In this document: one piece after another, positions 56,071 to 64,000 of the stretch
Numbering within the stretch: the first letter of the stretch is position 1
Layout: each line of letters opens with the position of its first letter
NCBI GenBank assembly: GCA_964504535.1
Contig: CAZDED010000004.1
Location: 44,115 to 108,114 of the forward strand
Direction: 5' to 3'
DNA length: 64,000 nt
From: an uncultured Gammaproteobacteria bacterium
Lineage (GTDB): Bacteria > Patescibacteriota > Microgenomatia > Levybacterales > GWA1-39-11
The notes under the pieces: generated by a model
Seen by the model: only the letters and a program-made list of their open reading frames with translations
What the model was told of the DNA's origin: nothing
Databases searched by the model: none
Program-made: the position numbers and the translations under genes

Positions 56071-58030
56071 GGTGTTTCCTTTCTTCAATTTCTCGTACTT
56101 GTGCTGCAGTAACTGTATATTCCGTGTGGTCATCAAAAGTACGAAGTATCACACAAATAACTCCACCTATTACGCAAACGATCGTCAACCAAAACATGTG
56201 CCAAATCATTGCAAATCCAAAAAGAAAAACGAAGACGGCAGTATAAATTCCAAGTCCGGTATTTTTCGGCATCACGATATCTTCATATTCTTTGTGCTTA
56301 TTGTGGCTTCCATTTTTCTTCATTTCCCAAAATGCATCACGAGAGGTAACCTCTGGAATTTTTGCAAAATTATAAAAGGGTGGTGGAGAGGAGGTAGCCC
56401 ACTCCAAATTCCTCCCATCCCATGGATCTCCGGTGGTGTCCATGTTTTGTTTTCTTTGTTTTACGCTAATAACTATTTGGGCCACCTGCAAGAGTGCGCC
56501 TGCTGTCAAAACCAAAAACCCAAGTCCTGCGATGATAAATAGTATCTGCCAACCCGGATTATCATAATGGTCAAGCCTTCTTGTAGCACCCATTAGTCCC
56601 AATACATAAAGCGGCACAAAAGACATAAGAAACCCAACTAACCAACACCAAAACGCATACCTGCCAAGTTTTTCATTCAACCTAAATCCGGTTATTTTAG
56701 GAAACCAAAAAGTAATGCCGGCAAATATTCCAAACAAAGCACCTCCAATTATCATCGTGTGGAAGTGAGCGACGAGAAACAAACTATTGTGAAGCTGGAA
56801 ATCAGCAGGGGGCATCGCCAATATTACACCAGCCATCCCTCCAACGGTAAAAGTTGCTAAAAATCCAAAAAACCAAAGGAACGGCGTAGCAACCCGTATC
56901 CTACCTTTATACATTGTTGATATCCAATTAAATATCTGGACCCCTGCAGGAATTGCAATAAGACTTGTCATAATTCCAAAAAATGCATTAACATTTGCCC
57001 CAGCCCCCATGGTAAAGAAGTGATGCAGCCACACAACAAGACCAATTGAGGCAATGCCGCATCCGGCAAGAACCATTGATGTGTATCCCGAAAGTCTTTT
57101 CTTGGAGAAAGTCGTCACAACTTCCGAATAAATCCCGAAAGAGGGGAGAATCAAAACGTACACCTCTGGGTGACCCCACATCCATATTAAATTCGTGTAC
57201 ATCATGGCACTTCCCCCAAAATCTGTCGTAAAAAAGTGCATTCCAAAAACTCTATCAAGAGACAGCAATGTAATTGTTGCAGTCAAAATAGGAAATATCG
57301 AGACCACAAGGATCATGCTAAATAATGATGTCCATACAAAAAGTGGCATTCGAGAGAGCGTCATCCCCGGTGCTCTTTTTTTCATAATTGTCATAATAAA
57401 ATTTATTGCACCAATTAGCGTCCCGAGGCCAGATACCTGAAGAGACCATATCCAAAAATCCACACCAACCCCCGGACTAAATTGCAGCTCAGAAAGAGGA
57501 GCAATAGCAAGCCAACCGGTTGCAGCAAATTCTCCACCAAAAACAAAAAACAGATTTATCATGATGCACCCCGCAACATACAACCAAAAACCCAACGTGT
57601 TAAGAAAAGGGGAAGCCAAATCTCTTGCTCCAATCTGAAGGGGAATAATGTAGTTAAGTAGCCCAAAAAGAAATCCCATCGTTACAAAAAACACCATAAT
57701 AACGCCATGTGCTGTAAATATCTGCTGAAAATGATCTGCTGTCAGATAGCCTTGAGAGGAACCTACGGCGATAGCCTGCTGTGCCCATATCATTCCAGCA
57801 TCCATGGCTCCCCTCACTAACATAAGAGCTGCCATAACAAAATACATGATTCCAATTTTTTTAGGGTCTGTTGAAGTGAACCATTCATTCCATAGCCATT
57901 TCCACCTTTTTAGTTTTGTGATAAAAATAACGACCATCCCCATCATTGCGGTCATGGCAACTGTCCCGCCAATTGTGAACCATTCGTGGGGAAGAGAAGC
58001 AAGCGTTAATTTTCCAAAAATAAATTCCAT
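56057..58030 (-). CDS. cyoB: Heme-copper quinol oxidase subunit I.
   Basis: 657 aa with ~15 TM helices; conserved His ligands (WFFGHPEVY-like GHPEVYVLILP, HHFFTMG, VAHFHTMI). Confidence 0.9.
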   Translation of the reverse strand: MEFIFGKLTLASLPHEWFTIGGTVAMTAMMGMVVIFITKLKRWKWLWNEWFTSTDPKKIGIMYFVMAALMLVRGAMDAGMIWAQQAIAVGSSQGYLTADHFQQIFTAHGVIMVFFVTMGFLFGLLNYIIPLQIGARDLASPFLNTLGFWLYVAGCIMINLFFVFGGEFAATGWLAIAPLSELQFSPGVGVDFWIWSLQVSGLGTLIGAINFIMTIMKKRAPGMTLSRMPLFVWTSLFSMILVVSIFPILTATITLLSLDRVFGMHFFTTDFGGSAMMYTNLIWMWGHPEVYVLILPSFGIYSEVVTTFSKKRLSGYTSMVLAGCGIASIGLVVWLHHFFTMGAGANVNAFFGIMTSLIAIPAGVQIFNWISTMYKGRIRVATPFLWFFGFLATFTVGGMAGVILAMPPADFQLHNSLFLVAHFHTMIIGGALFGIFAGITFWFPKITGFRLNEKLGRYAFWCWLVGFLMSFVPLYVLGLMGATRRLDHYDNPGWQILFIIAGLGFLVLTAGALLQVAQIVISVKQRKQNMDTTGDPWDGRNLEWATSSPPPFYNFAKIPEVTSRDAFWEMKKNGSHNKHKEYEDIVMPKNTGLGIYTAVFVFLFGFAMIWHMFWLTIVCVIGGVICVILRTFDDHTEYTVTAAQVREIEERKHHART

Positions 58031-58031
58031 A

Positions 58032-58895
58032 TTAGTGATTCATTGTTCCCATATATTTCGTGATAATTTTATTATACAAACCTTCTTCGGTTGATGAGTA
58101 AAAGAGTGGAGGAGTGTTCTCTGATGGCACCATCAACTTTTCATATTCATTATCGTCTAACTTTTTCGGGGAGTTTTTGACTACTTGTATCCATGAGTCA
58201 AATTCATTTTGGGTCACTGATTTTGCCATAAATTTCATACCAGAAAATCCCCGGCCACTTATTTCAGCAGCCGATCCTTTATACTCTCCCGTTGCATCTG
58301 CTATAAGTCTTAATTTGGTACCCATTCCGGTCATGGTGTACATTTGTCCACCAAGGGAAGGTATCCAAAATGAATTCATGGGCGCATCTGAAGTCAACTC
58401 AAAATTGATAGGGGTTTTTTCAGGAAACTCTAAATAATTTACCGTTGCAATGTCTTTCTCGGGATAGATAAATAACCACTTCCACTGAAGAGAAATCACC
58501 TGAACTGTAAGAGGTTTTTTGTCAGATTCTAGCGCCCGCATGGGGTCAAGACGGTGGGTTGCTCTCCAATTGTTGACCCCAAGGATAATTACGACAACTG
58601 TAGGGATCGCCCACCACGCAAAAACCAACAACCTGCTCCTATTCCAGTCTGGGTCATAGGTAGATTTTTTTGATTCATTATATTTCCTTGATACAAAATA
58701 CTCGAGCATAAAAATAGGGATGACAACAAGCAGCATAATTCCGACAGCAAATAGTGCAAGATTTCTTTCATGTGTTGCTATAAAACCTTTAGGGTTAAGA
58801 AGAGCAAAGTCTTCTCCGGTCATAAACCCAATAAAAATTATTCCCAACACCAAAAGCGCAGGCATAATAATATAAAGATGGTGTTTTTTTAACAT
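58032..58895 (-). CDS. cyoA: Quinol oxidase subunit II, with no CuA site.
   Basis: Two N-terminal TM helices and a cupredoxin-like domain lacking the CxExCGxxH CuA motif (SFWIPSLGGQMYTMTGMGTKL), as in bo3/aa3 quinol oxidases. Confidence 0.8.
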   Translation of the reverse strand: MLKKHHLYIIMPALLVLGIIFIGFMTGEDFALLNPKGFIATHERNLALFAVGIMLLVVIPIFMLEYFVSRKYNESKKSTYDPDWNRSRLLVFAWWAIPTVVVIILGVNNWRATHRLDPMRALESDKKPLTVQVISLQWKWLFIYPEKDIATVNYLEFPEKTPINFELTSDAPMNSFWIPSLGGQMYTMTGMGTKLRLIADATGEYKGSAAEISGRGFSGMKFMAKSVTQNEFDSWIQVVKNSPKKLDDNEYEKLMVPSENTPPLFYSSTEEGLYNKIITKYMGTMNH

Positions 58896-59279
58896 AAATT
58901 TCTAGTGCTAGATTAATTGTATCATTCCTCATTACCAGATTTATGATCCATATCACAGAATTTTCGTAGTAAAAATGATAGAAGCGGAGCTTGTATCACT
59001 CCGTGATATAATTCCCCTACACCCGAGAGCGAAAAGCATGCTCTTTACGTGTAAAAAGTTTTTAGCACATTAAAAATCTAGTTACGAAAAAGTGATCTTA
59101 ATTATGATTTAGTGTTCCTATTTAGGTACCGGCGTACACGGTGTTTGACTAGGGGCACTAATTCGAAAGAAAGGAGAAGAGCCCTTGGCAGTACGACCAC
59201 GGGTGGAGCCTTCTCCGCCCACAGATCATAGACACGTCACGGCCAGTACGGCCACAAATGCTCATGAAAGGAGCAACTC

Positions 59280-60404
59280 TTGGCAAATGCACAAGGTCTA
59301 ACAACCGATGGGGCTGGAGAAAGCACTACGTCAAGCTCTTTCAGTCACCTAGTCAAAACGGAGCGGGTAAAAGAACTTCTTCGTTCACACGACAGGAGCT
59401 TCTACGCCCACTTCGTGTTCATCTTCATCTGCGTCACGCTGGACCTTTGGGCAACCGCCTTCTGGGTTTCGCGCGCCGTGGAAGCCATAGCCCTCGGAAG
59501 CACCACGGGAATCCTCTCCGGATGGATTGGCCAGCTCGGCCACGACGCCGGACATGGACAGGCCCCAAAAGGCAACATGCCCCTCCAAAGGGTTTTCCAA
59601 CTATTCCTCGGGCCTGTGTGCCTTGGGTTTAGTTCGACTTGGTGGATCAACAAACACGTAATCCACCACAAGTATTCCAACTGGGAGGGAAAGGACGGGG
59701 ACCTCAACATCCCACTTCCTTTCACGGCCAATCAGGCACGGGAACGCGGAAAGACAGCAGATTCTTTCCGTATCAAGAACGCAAGGTGGATCTTCCCCTT
59801 GATCTTGCCCCTACAGGCCATCAACGCCCGGATTTCAAGTATTTTCTACGTTTTCAAGTCGAAAGACAGACTGCGTGGAAAGGTTCTTCAGTTGGGCGGC
59901 ATCGCCTCCCATCTCGCTCTGTACGGACTGCTGTTGTACGTGATCGTACAACACGCAGGCTGGCACAACGCCCTGTGGTTTGCGGCCTTTCACCAAGGGG
60001 TTCACGGGTTTTACAACGCCTGTGTGTTCGCGACGAACCACAAAGGCATGCCCGTTTTTCCTCCCAACCAAAAGCCTGAGTGGCTTGACCTCCAAATCCT
60101 AACCTCACGCAACGTGAGGGTCGACTGGGAAATTTTCCACTTGAGGCACGGGTGGATCCTCGAGCGAATAGTGGACGAACTGGTCACATGGCTGTACGGA
60201 GGCCTTAACTACCAGATCGAACACCACCTGTTCCCAACGATGCCCCGGGCAAACCTGCGAAAGGTACGCCCACTCGTAATTGAGTTCTGCCGCCAACACG
60301 GTTACGACTACTACGAGACGGGGGTCATCAGGTCCTACAGGGAAGTTCTCCAGAACTTCGAGAACGTGAGGATTGAACTCCTCGACAGTCCGATGGGTGC
60401 GTAG
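59280..60404 (+). CDS. Membrane fatty-acid/sphingolipid desaturase of the front-end (Q-x2-HH) type, without a cytochrome b5 domain; compositionally foreign (GC-rich), TTG start.
   Basis: Three His boxes (HDAGH, HVIHH, QIEHHLFP) with the expected TM topology. The whole ~59.1-60.4-kb stretch is strongly GC-enriched versus the flanks. SD aaaggag lies 8 nt upstream of the TTG. Confidence 0.7.
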   Translation: MANAQGLTTDGAGESTTSSSFSHLVKTERVKELLRSHDRSFYAHFVFIFICVTLDLWATAFWVSRAVEAIALGSTTGILSGWIGQLGHDAGHGQAPKGNMPLQRVFQLFLGPVCLGFSSTWWINKHVIHHKYSNWEGKDGDLNIPLPFTANQARERGKTADSFRIKNARWIFPLILPLQAINARISSIFYVFKSKDRLRGKVLQLGGIASHLALYGLLLYVIVQHAGWHNALWFAAFHQGVHGFYNACVFATNHKGMPVFPPNQKPEWLDLQILTSRNVRVDWEIFHLRHGWILERIVDELVTWLYGGLNYQIEHHLFPTMPRANLRKVRPLVIEFCRQHGYDYYETGVIRSYREVLQNFENVRIELLDSPMGA

Positions 60405-60473
60405 GTCGCACATTCGTAACTAGTTAGTTTTTTTTGGGAGTTTTTGACTATGTAAAATAAAAATTCCCAAACC

Positions 60474-61025
60474 CTAATGAGTGGGGGAGAGATATTCTTC
60501 TTTGACCTCTTTTTTGTATTCTTGCAACAGCTTCTTTATCTTTGGAGAGATCACATAATCACAATATCCCTGAGTCTTATTGTTATCATAAAAATTCTGG
60601 TGGTATTCCTCAGCGGTGTAGAAAGTTTCAAATGGGACAATTTCTGTAATGATGGGGTCACCGTAGAGACCTGAATCAGCAATTTCATCGCGTACTTTTA
60701 AGGCTTTCTCTTTTTGTGTATTGTCGTGGTAAAAAATTGCAGAGCGATATTGCGTCCCCTCATCAGCTCCTTGCCTATTTAACGTCGTGGGGTCGTGGAG
60801 GTTAAAAAATATCTCAATTAATTTCTCATAAGAAATAATAGAGGGGTCAAATTCCATCTGTATCGCTTCAGCATGCCCGGTTGCCCCGGTTGTGACCTGC
60901 TCATATGTAGAGTTTTCTCTCGCACCCCCTGCATATCCAGAGACAACATCCTCAACACCCCTGAGTCTTTTGAAGATTGCCTCGGTGCACCAAAAGCATC
61001 CGCCTGCTAGTGTTGCTTTTTCCAT
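60474..61025 (-). CDS. msrA: Peptide methionine sulfoxide reductase A.
   Basis: GCFWCTE active-site motif at the N-terminus. Confidence 0.9.
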   Translation of the reverse strand: MEKATLAGGCFWCTEAIFKRLRGVEDVVSGYAGGARENSTYEQVTTGATGHAEAIQMEFDPSIISYEKLIEIFFNLHDPTTLNRQGADEGTQYRSAIFYHDNTQKEKALKVRDEIADSGLYGDPIITEIVPFETFYTAEEYHQNFYDNNKTQGYCDYVISPKIKKLLQEYKKEVKEEYLSPTH

Positions 61026-61071
61026 AATCTATTCTAACACGCTCAGCTCAAAACTTTGATATAATAATATT

Positions 61072-62070
61072 ATGCTCAAGGAAATATTTTCCTACCTCGG
61101 AAAAAATCAGTTTATAGCAGGAATTCTCTTTCTCTTAACCCTTTTCCTGGCTTACCAACTAAAAGAAATTCTTATCGTTATTTTTATCGCCTATATTATC
61201 GTTGCAGCGCTTAGTCCTGTTGTTGAATTTTTACAGCGAAGGAAAATTCCAAGAACAGTTGCTGTTCTTATAACATTTTTTACAACCTTGCTTTTTTTCA
61301 TATTGCTTATTGCCCCGTTAGTGCCATTTCTTATCTCCCAGATCACGCAACTTACCAAAAGTTTTCCTGTTTATCTTCATCGTGCAGCGGAGGCTATTGG
61401 AGTACAGCTTGATATCCGCGAAGTGGGGCAGATAGTAACCCCTCAGCAGCTAGGTCAAAACGCCTTTGCTCTTGCCGGAGGGGTTTTTGGTGGGTTTTTT
61501 GCACTGGTAACTGCCATTGCTATAAGTTTTTACCTTTTACTTTCCTACAACAAAGCGAAGGGTGCTGTTGCAGGTCTTTTCCCTAAAACACAAAAAGAGC
61601 GTGCTGTTGCCGTTATTGACCAGGTCAACAACAAGCTGGGGGCATGGCTTCAGGGACAATTTCTTCTGTCTCTTTCCATCGGCCTTCTTACCTGGACCAC
61701 CCTAACCATGCTTCAGATGCCGTTTGCGCTTCCCCTGGCTGTTCTTGCCGGTCTTTTTGAAATAGTACCAACTGTAGGACCGATTCTCTCAGCAGTGCCT
61801 GCAATCGTTGTTGCACTCACAATATCTCCCAACATGGCAATAATTGTAGTTGTTTCATATATGGTTATTCAGATGATAGAAAACCATCTTCTTGTCCCGC
61901 GCATCATGCAGCGGGCAGTGGGACTTAACCCGGTAATTGTTATCATCGGTGTTATTGTGGGAGATAGATTACTGGGAATTCCCGGTGCACTTCTGTCTGT
62001 TCCCTTTATTTCTCTCTTGTTTTTGATTTATAAAAACCTCGACGAATTTTTAGACGATAAATCCTCCTAA
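61072..62070 (+). CDS. AI-2E family transporter (PerM/UPF0118).
   Basis: Eight-TM pattern with LAGLFEIVPTVGPILSAVPAIVVAL signature region. Confidence 0.75.
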   Translation: MLKEIFSYLGKNQFIAGILFLLTLFLAYQLKEILIVIFIAYIIVAALSPVVEFLQRRKIPRTVAVLITFFTTLLFFILLIAPLVPFLISQITQLTKSFPVYLHRAAEAIGVQLDIREVGQIVTPQQLGQNAFALAGGVFGGFFALVTAIAISFYLLLSYNKAKGAVAGLFPKTQKERAVAVIDQVNNKLGAWLQGQFLLSLSIGLLTWTTLTMLQMPFALPLAVLAGLFEIVPTVGPILSAVPAIVVALTISPNMAIIVVVSYMVIQMIENHLLVPRIMQRAVGLNPVIVIIGVIVGDRLLGIPGALLSVPFISLLFLIYKNLDEFLDDKSS

Positions 62071-62088
62071 AAAGGTCTTGACAAAAAG

Positions 62089-62097
62089 TTATCCACA
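62089..62097 (+). promoter_or_regulatory. Consensus DnaA box (TTATCCACA) in the dnaA promoter region, next to a -35-like TTGACA at 62077..62082.
   Basis: Exact 9-mer seen in the sequence, 60 nt upstream of the dnaA ATG; the classical autoregulation arrangement. Confidence 0.6.
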
Positions 62098-62157
62098 TTA
62101 CATACTGTACATCCCTTGTCCTAATTTTTCTGCTCCTGCCAATACTTTTCTACAATT

Positions 62158-63492
62158 ATGCATGAGCTCTGGAAACAAATACTTGCTGAGTTACAAATTG
62201 AGGTATCGCAACCTAGATTTGTTGCGTTTTTTAAATCCACGCAGTTAATTTCTTTAGAAAATGGAGTAGCAACAATAGGTACCCCAAACACAATGACAGC
62301 AGATCTTCTCGAAAAGAACTATTACGCACTTATCAAAAATGTTTTAGAGAAAAAAACCGGAGAAAAAATCAGCCTCATTTTCACCATCAATAGACCCGTT
62401 GAGGACAAGACAAAAGATGTGGGACCTCTTTTTACCGAGCGTCCGGTCGCAGCCACGAAGGGCAGACCACCACGCATAAAAACCGACTATACATTTGATA
62501 CGCTAGCGGTAAGCGACAGCAATCAATTAGCCTATACCGCTTCTTACGCAGTGGCTACAGAACCAGGAGGAAAATATAATCCTCTTTTTTTATATGGCAG
62601 TGTTGGGGTAGGAAAAACACACCTTATGCATGCTATCGCCAACACGGTTTTTGACAACAACAACGATGCAACAATTGTGTATCTTTCGACAGAAGAGTTC
62701 ACCAACGAGATGGTTGAGGCCATACAAACAAAGAGCACCTCAAAGCTTCGGCGAAGGTTTCGAAACATCGACCTCTTGCTTCTAGACGACATACAGTTTT
62801 TAAGCGGAAAAGAAAAAGTTCAAGAGGAGCTTTTTCATACCTTCAATACCTTGGTCGACAACAAAAGTCAGGTGATATTTTCATCAGATAGACCGCCAAG
62901 CGAAATCAAAAAGATCGAAGCACGTCTAGCATCAAGGTTTGAGTCGGGTCTTACAATTGACATTGAGTCTCCGGATTTGGAATTAAGAACGGCAATACTA
63001 CTTATAAAGAGCCAGAAGCACGGTCTTGACCTGACAACAGAACTTGCACAAAGAGCAGCGGCAAAAATCACAGAGCCCCGCGCCCTTGAAGGGTTTCTTC
63101 TCAAGCTCAACACAATGATGTCTATGTCGGGCGCAGTGGAGATCACAACCCAATTGATAGACAAATGCCTTGGAAATATTCGCGAAGTAAGACCAACCAT
63201 CCATCCCGATGATGTCATACGGGTAGTGTGTGACTACTACGACATAAAAACAACCCAACTAAAGGGAGCAAAAAGAGATGCTTCCCTGGTTCGTGCCCGC
63301 CATCTTTGCATGTTTCTTCTGAAAGAAGATCTGAGAACCACTCTTGTTGACATAGGCAACCTACTTGGAGGACGCGACCACACAACTATCATGCACGGTG
63401 TGTCGCGCATCAACAATCTTCGTGAAAATGACCCCCTCATTAAAGATGACATAGAGCAGATCAGGGAGAGGCTTGCAAACGATCTGTTATAA
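62158..63492 (+). CDS. dnaA: Chromosomal replication initiator protein DnaA.
   Basis: N-terminal MHELWKQILAEL..., AAA+ Walker A GSVGVGKTHL, box VII/sensor motifs and a C-terminal DNA-binding domain (HTTIMHGV). Confidence 0.95.
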   Translation: MHELWKQILAELQIEVSQPRFVAFFKSTQLISLENGVATIGTPNTMTADLLEKNYYALIKNVLEKKTGEKISLIFTINRPVEDKTKDVGPLFTERPVAATKGRPPRIKTDYTFDTLAVSDSNQLAYTASYAVATEPGGKYNPLFLYGSVGVGKTHLMHAIANTVFDNNNDATIVYLSTEEFTNEMVEAIQTKSTSKLRRRFRNIDLLLLDDIQFLSGKEKVQEELFHTFNTLVDNKSQVIFSSDRPPSEIKKIEARLASRFESGLTIDIESPDLELRTAILLIKSQKHGLDLTTELAQRAAAKITEPRALEGFLLKLNTMMSMSGAVEITTQLIDKCLGNIREVRPTIHPDDVIRVVCDYYDIKTTQLKGAKRDASLVRARHLCMFLLKEDLRTTLVDIGNLLGGRDHTTIMHGVSRINNLRENDPLIKDDIEQIRERLANDLL

Positions 63493-63699
63493 AATATGTG
63501 GATAACTTCGACAGTTTCTTGTGGATAAATACGTTATAACTTATGACTAACTTCATCTTTTCAACAAAGGCTGGTGAGGCTGTTAATTTTACACAACTTA
63601 TCCACAAAGTTGTCAGATACTTATCAACATTTTTGTACGCACGGTCGATTGCTTTTGTCCACTTATCCACCTATACTACTACTGCTACTATTTAATATT
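63493..63699. promoter_or_regulatory. Candidate oriC: dnaA-dnaN intergenic region with at least 5 DnaA boxes and an AT-rich unwinding stretch.
   Basis: Perfect boxes at 63497..63505 and 63520..63528 (TGTGGATAA) and 63598..63606 (TTATCCACA). One-mismatch boxes at 63621..63629 and 63663..63671. AT-rich ctatactactactgctactatttaatatt lies directly before dnaN. Confidence 0.65.
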
Positions 63700-64000
63700 A
63701 TGCACGTAACTATCCTTCCAGAAAATCTTACAAAATACCTTCCTCTTATTAACAAAGTACTTCCATCCCACTCTCAAATACCAATACTTTCGAATGTTTG
63801 TCTTCTTGCAAACAGCGAAGGGTTTTTTGTAAAAGCAACGGATTTAGAATTGGGAACCCAAATAAAAATTCCGGCAAAAATTGAAAGCGAAGGCGCAACA
63901 ACAATCCCTGGTAAAGAGTTTTTGGAGACCATCAATTCACTTCCAAAAGACAAGATAACGATTAGTTTGGAAAAAGATACAGTTGTTGTGGTGTGTCGCG
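63700..64000 (+). CDS. dnaN: DNA polymerase III beta subunit (sliding clamp), 3'-truncated by the window edge.
   Basis: MHVTILPENLTKYLPLINKVLPSHSQIPILSNVCLLANSEGFFVKATDLE... typical DnaN N-terminus; follows dnaA/oriC. Confidence 0.85.
   Translation, partial: MHVTILPENLTKYLPLINKVLPSHSQIPILSNVCLLANSEGFFVKATDLELGTQIKIPAKIESEGATTIPGKEFLETINSLPKDKITISLEKDTVVVVCR

Noticed and set aside
55498-56136. ORF-track start of cyoC at 56136, overlapping cyoB by 80 nt.
   Set aside because: The N-terminal 22 residues overlap the upstream gene's C-terminus. The internal Met at 56070, 13 nt after the cyoB stop, is the more plausible start.
59141-59166. 13-nt identity (ctaattcgaaaga) between the group I intron (33056..33068) and the GC-rich leader of the desaturase.
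   Set aside because: Too short to distinguish from chance. The surrounding sequence does not align, and the 59-kb region lacks P, Q, R or S elements.
59258-59632. 124-aa ORF and several other overlapping ORFs (59385..59600, 59402..59731, 59639..60079, 59835..60108, 60105..60413) in the GC-rich segment.
   Set aside because: GC-rich DNA yields long spurious ORFs in every frame. Only the 374-aa frame has His-box desaturase motifs and a sensible TM pattern.
1-64000. Searched for CRISPR arrays, rRNA genes and additional tRNAs in all intergenic regions.
   Set aside because: No regularly spaced direct repeats, no rRNA-like conserved stretches, and no further cloverleaf-compatible T-arm/acceptor pairs were found. 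The only tRNA is the intron-containing one.

Overview
This 64-kb window comes from a low-GC (~35-38%), gene-dense bacterial chromosome using the standard genetic code (TGA is a stop). Gene content resembles a small-genome Patescibacteria/CPR-like or similarly reduced lineage. Nearly the whole window is coding, on both strands.

Housekeeping content:
- 5'-truncated rplY, a Crp/Fnr regulator and glmS.
- A class I aminoacyl-tRNA synthetase, most likely valS.
- A cell-envelope cluster: MOP flippase, two class-A PBPs, an O-antigen-ligase-like protein and a large membrane-anchored protein.
- The conserved rpmH-rnpA-yidC-jag block, where rpmH is below the ORF-track length cut-off.
- gap, a pentose-phosphate trio (PfkB kinase, rpiB, rpe), comM and the dnaG-rpoD operon.
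- A complete cyoABCDE-type heme-copper quinol oxidase operon.
- msrA, an AI-2E transporter, and dnaA followed by a DnaA-box-rich oriC candidate and the start of dnaN.

Unusual content:
1. A tRNA gene, best read as tRNA-Asn(GUU), is interrupted in the anticodon loop by a ~217-nt group I intron. The P, Q, R and S core elements and the U·G/omega-G splice signals are recognisable by eye.
2. A large serine integrase overlaps the 3' end of that tRNA. It opens a ~12.5-kb integrated island carrying an XRE regulator and a 1080-aa Upf1/DNA2-like SF1 helicase fused to a PLD (HKD) nuclease and a topoisomerase-type zinc ribbon, with several unknown proteins. The island is bounded by two decayed copies of the tRNA 3' end. 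The helicase-nuclease is a candidate anti-mobile-element/defence module.
3. Two ~1.3-kb single-gene insertions are conspicuously GC-rich: a Thr/Pro/Ser-rich secreted protein and a front-end-type membrane fatty-acid desaturase. Both look like recent horizontal acquisitions.
4. An accessory stress/detox cluster carries four VOC/glyoxalase paralogs, ArsR+SRPBCC, DUF1801, DUF1697, DUF1905, TspO and a CBS protein.

No CRISPR array and no rRNA genes were seen.
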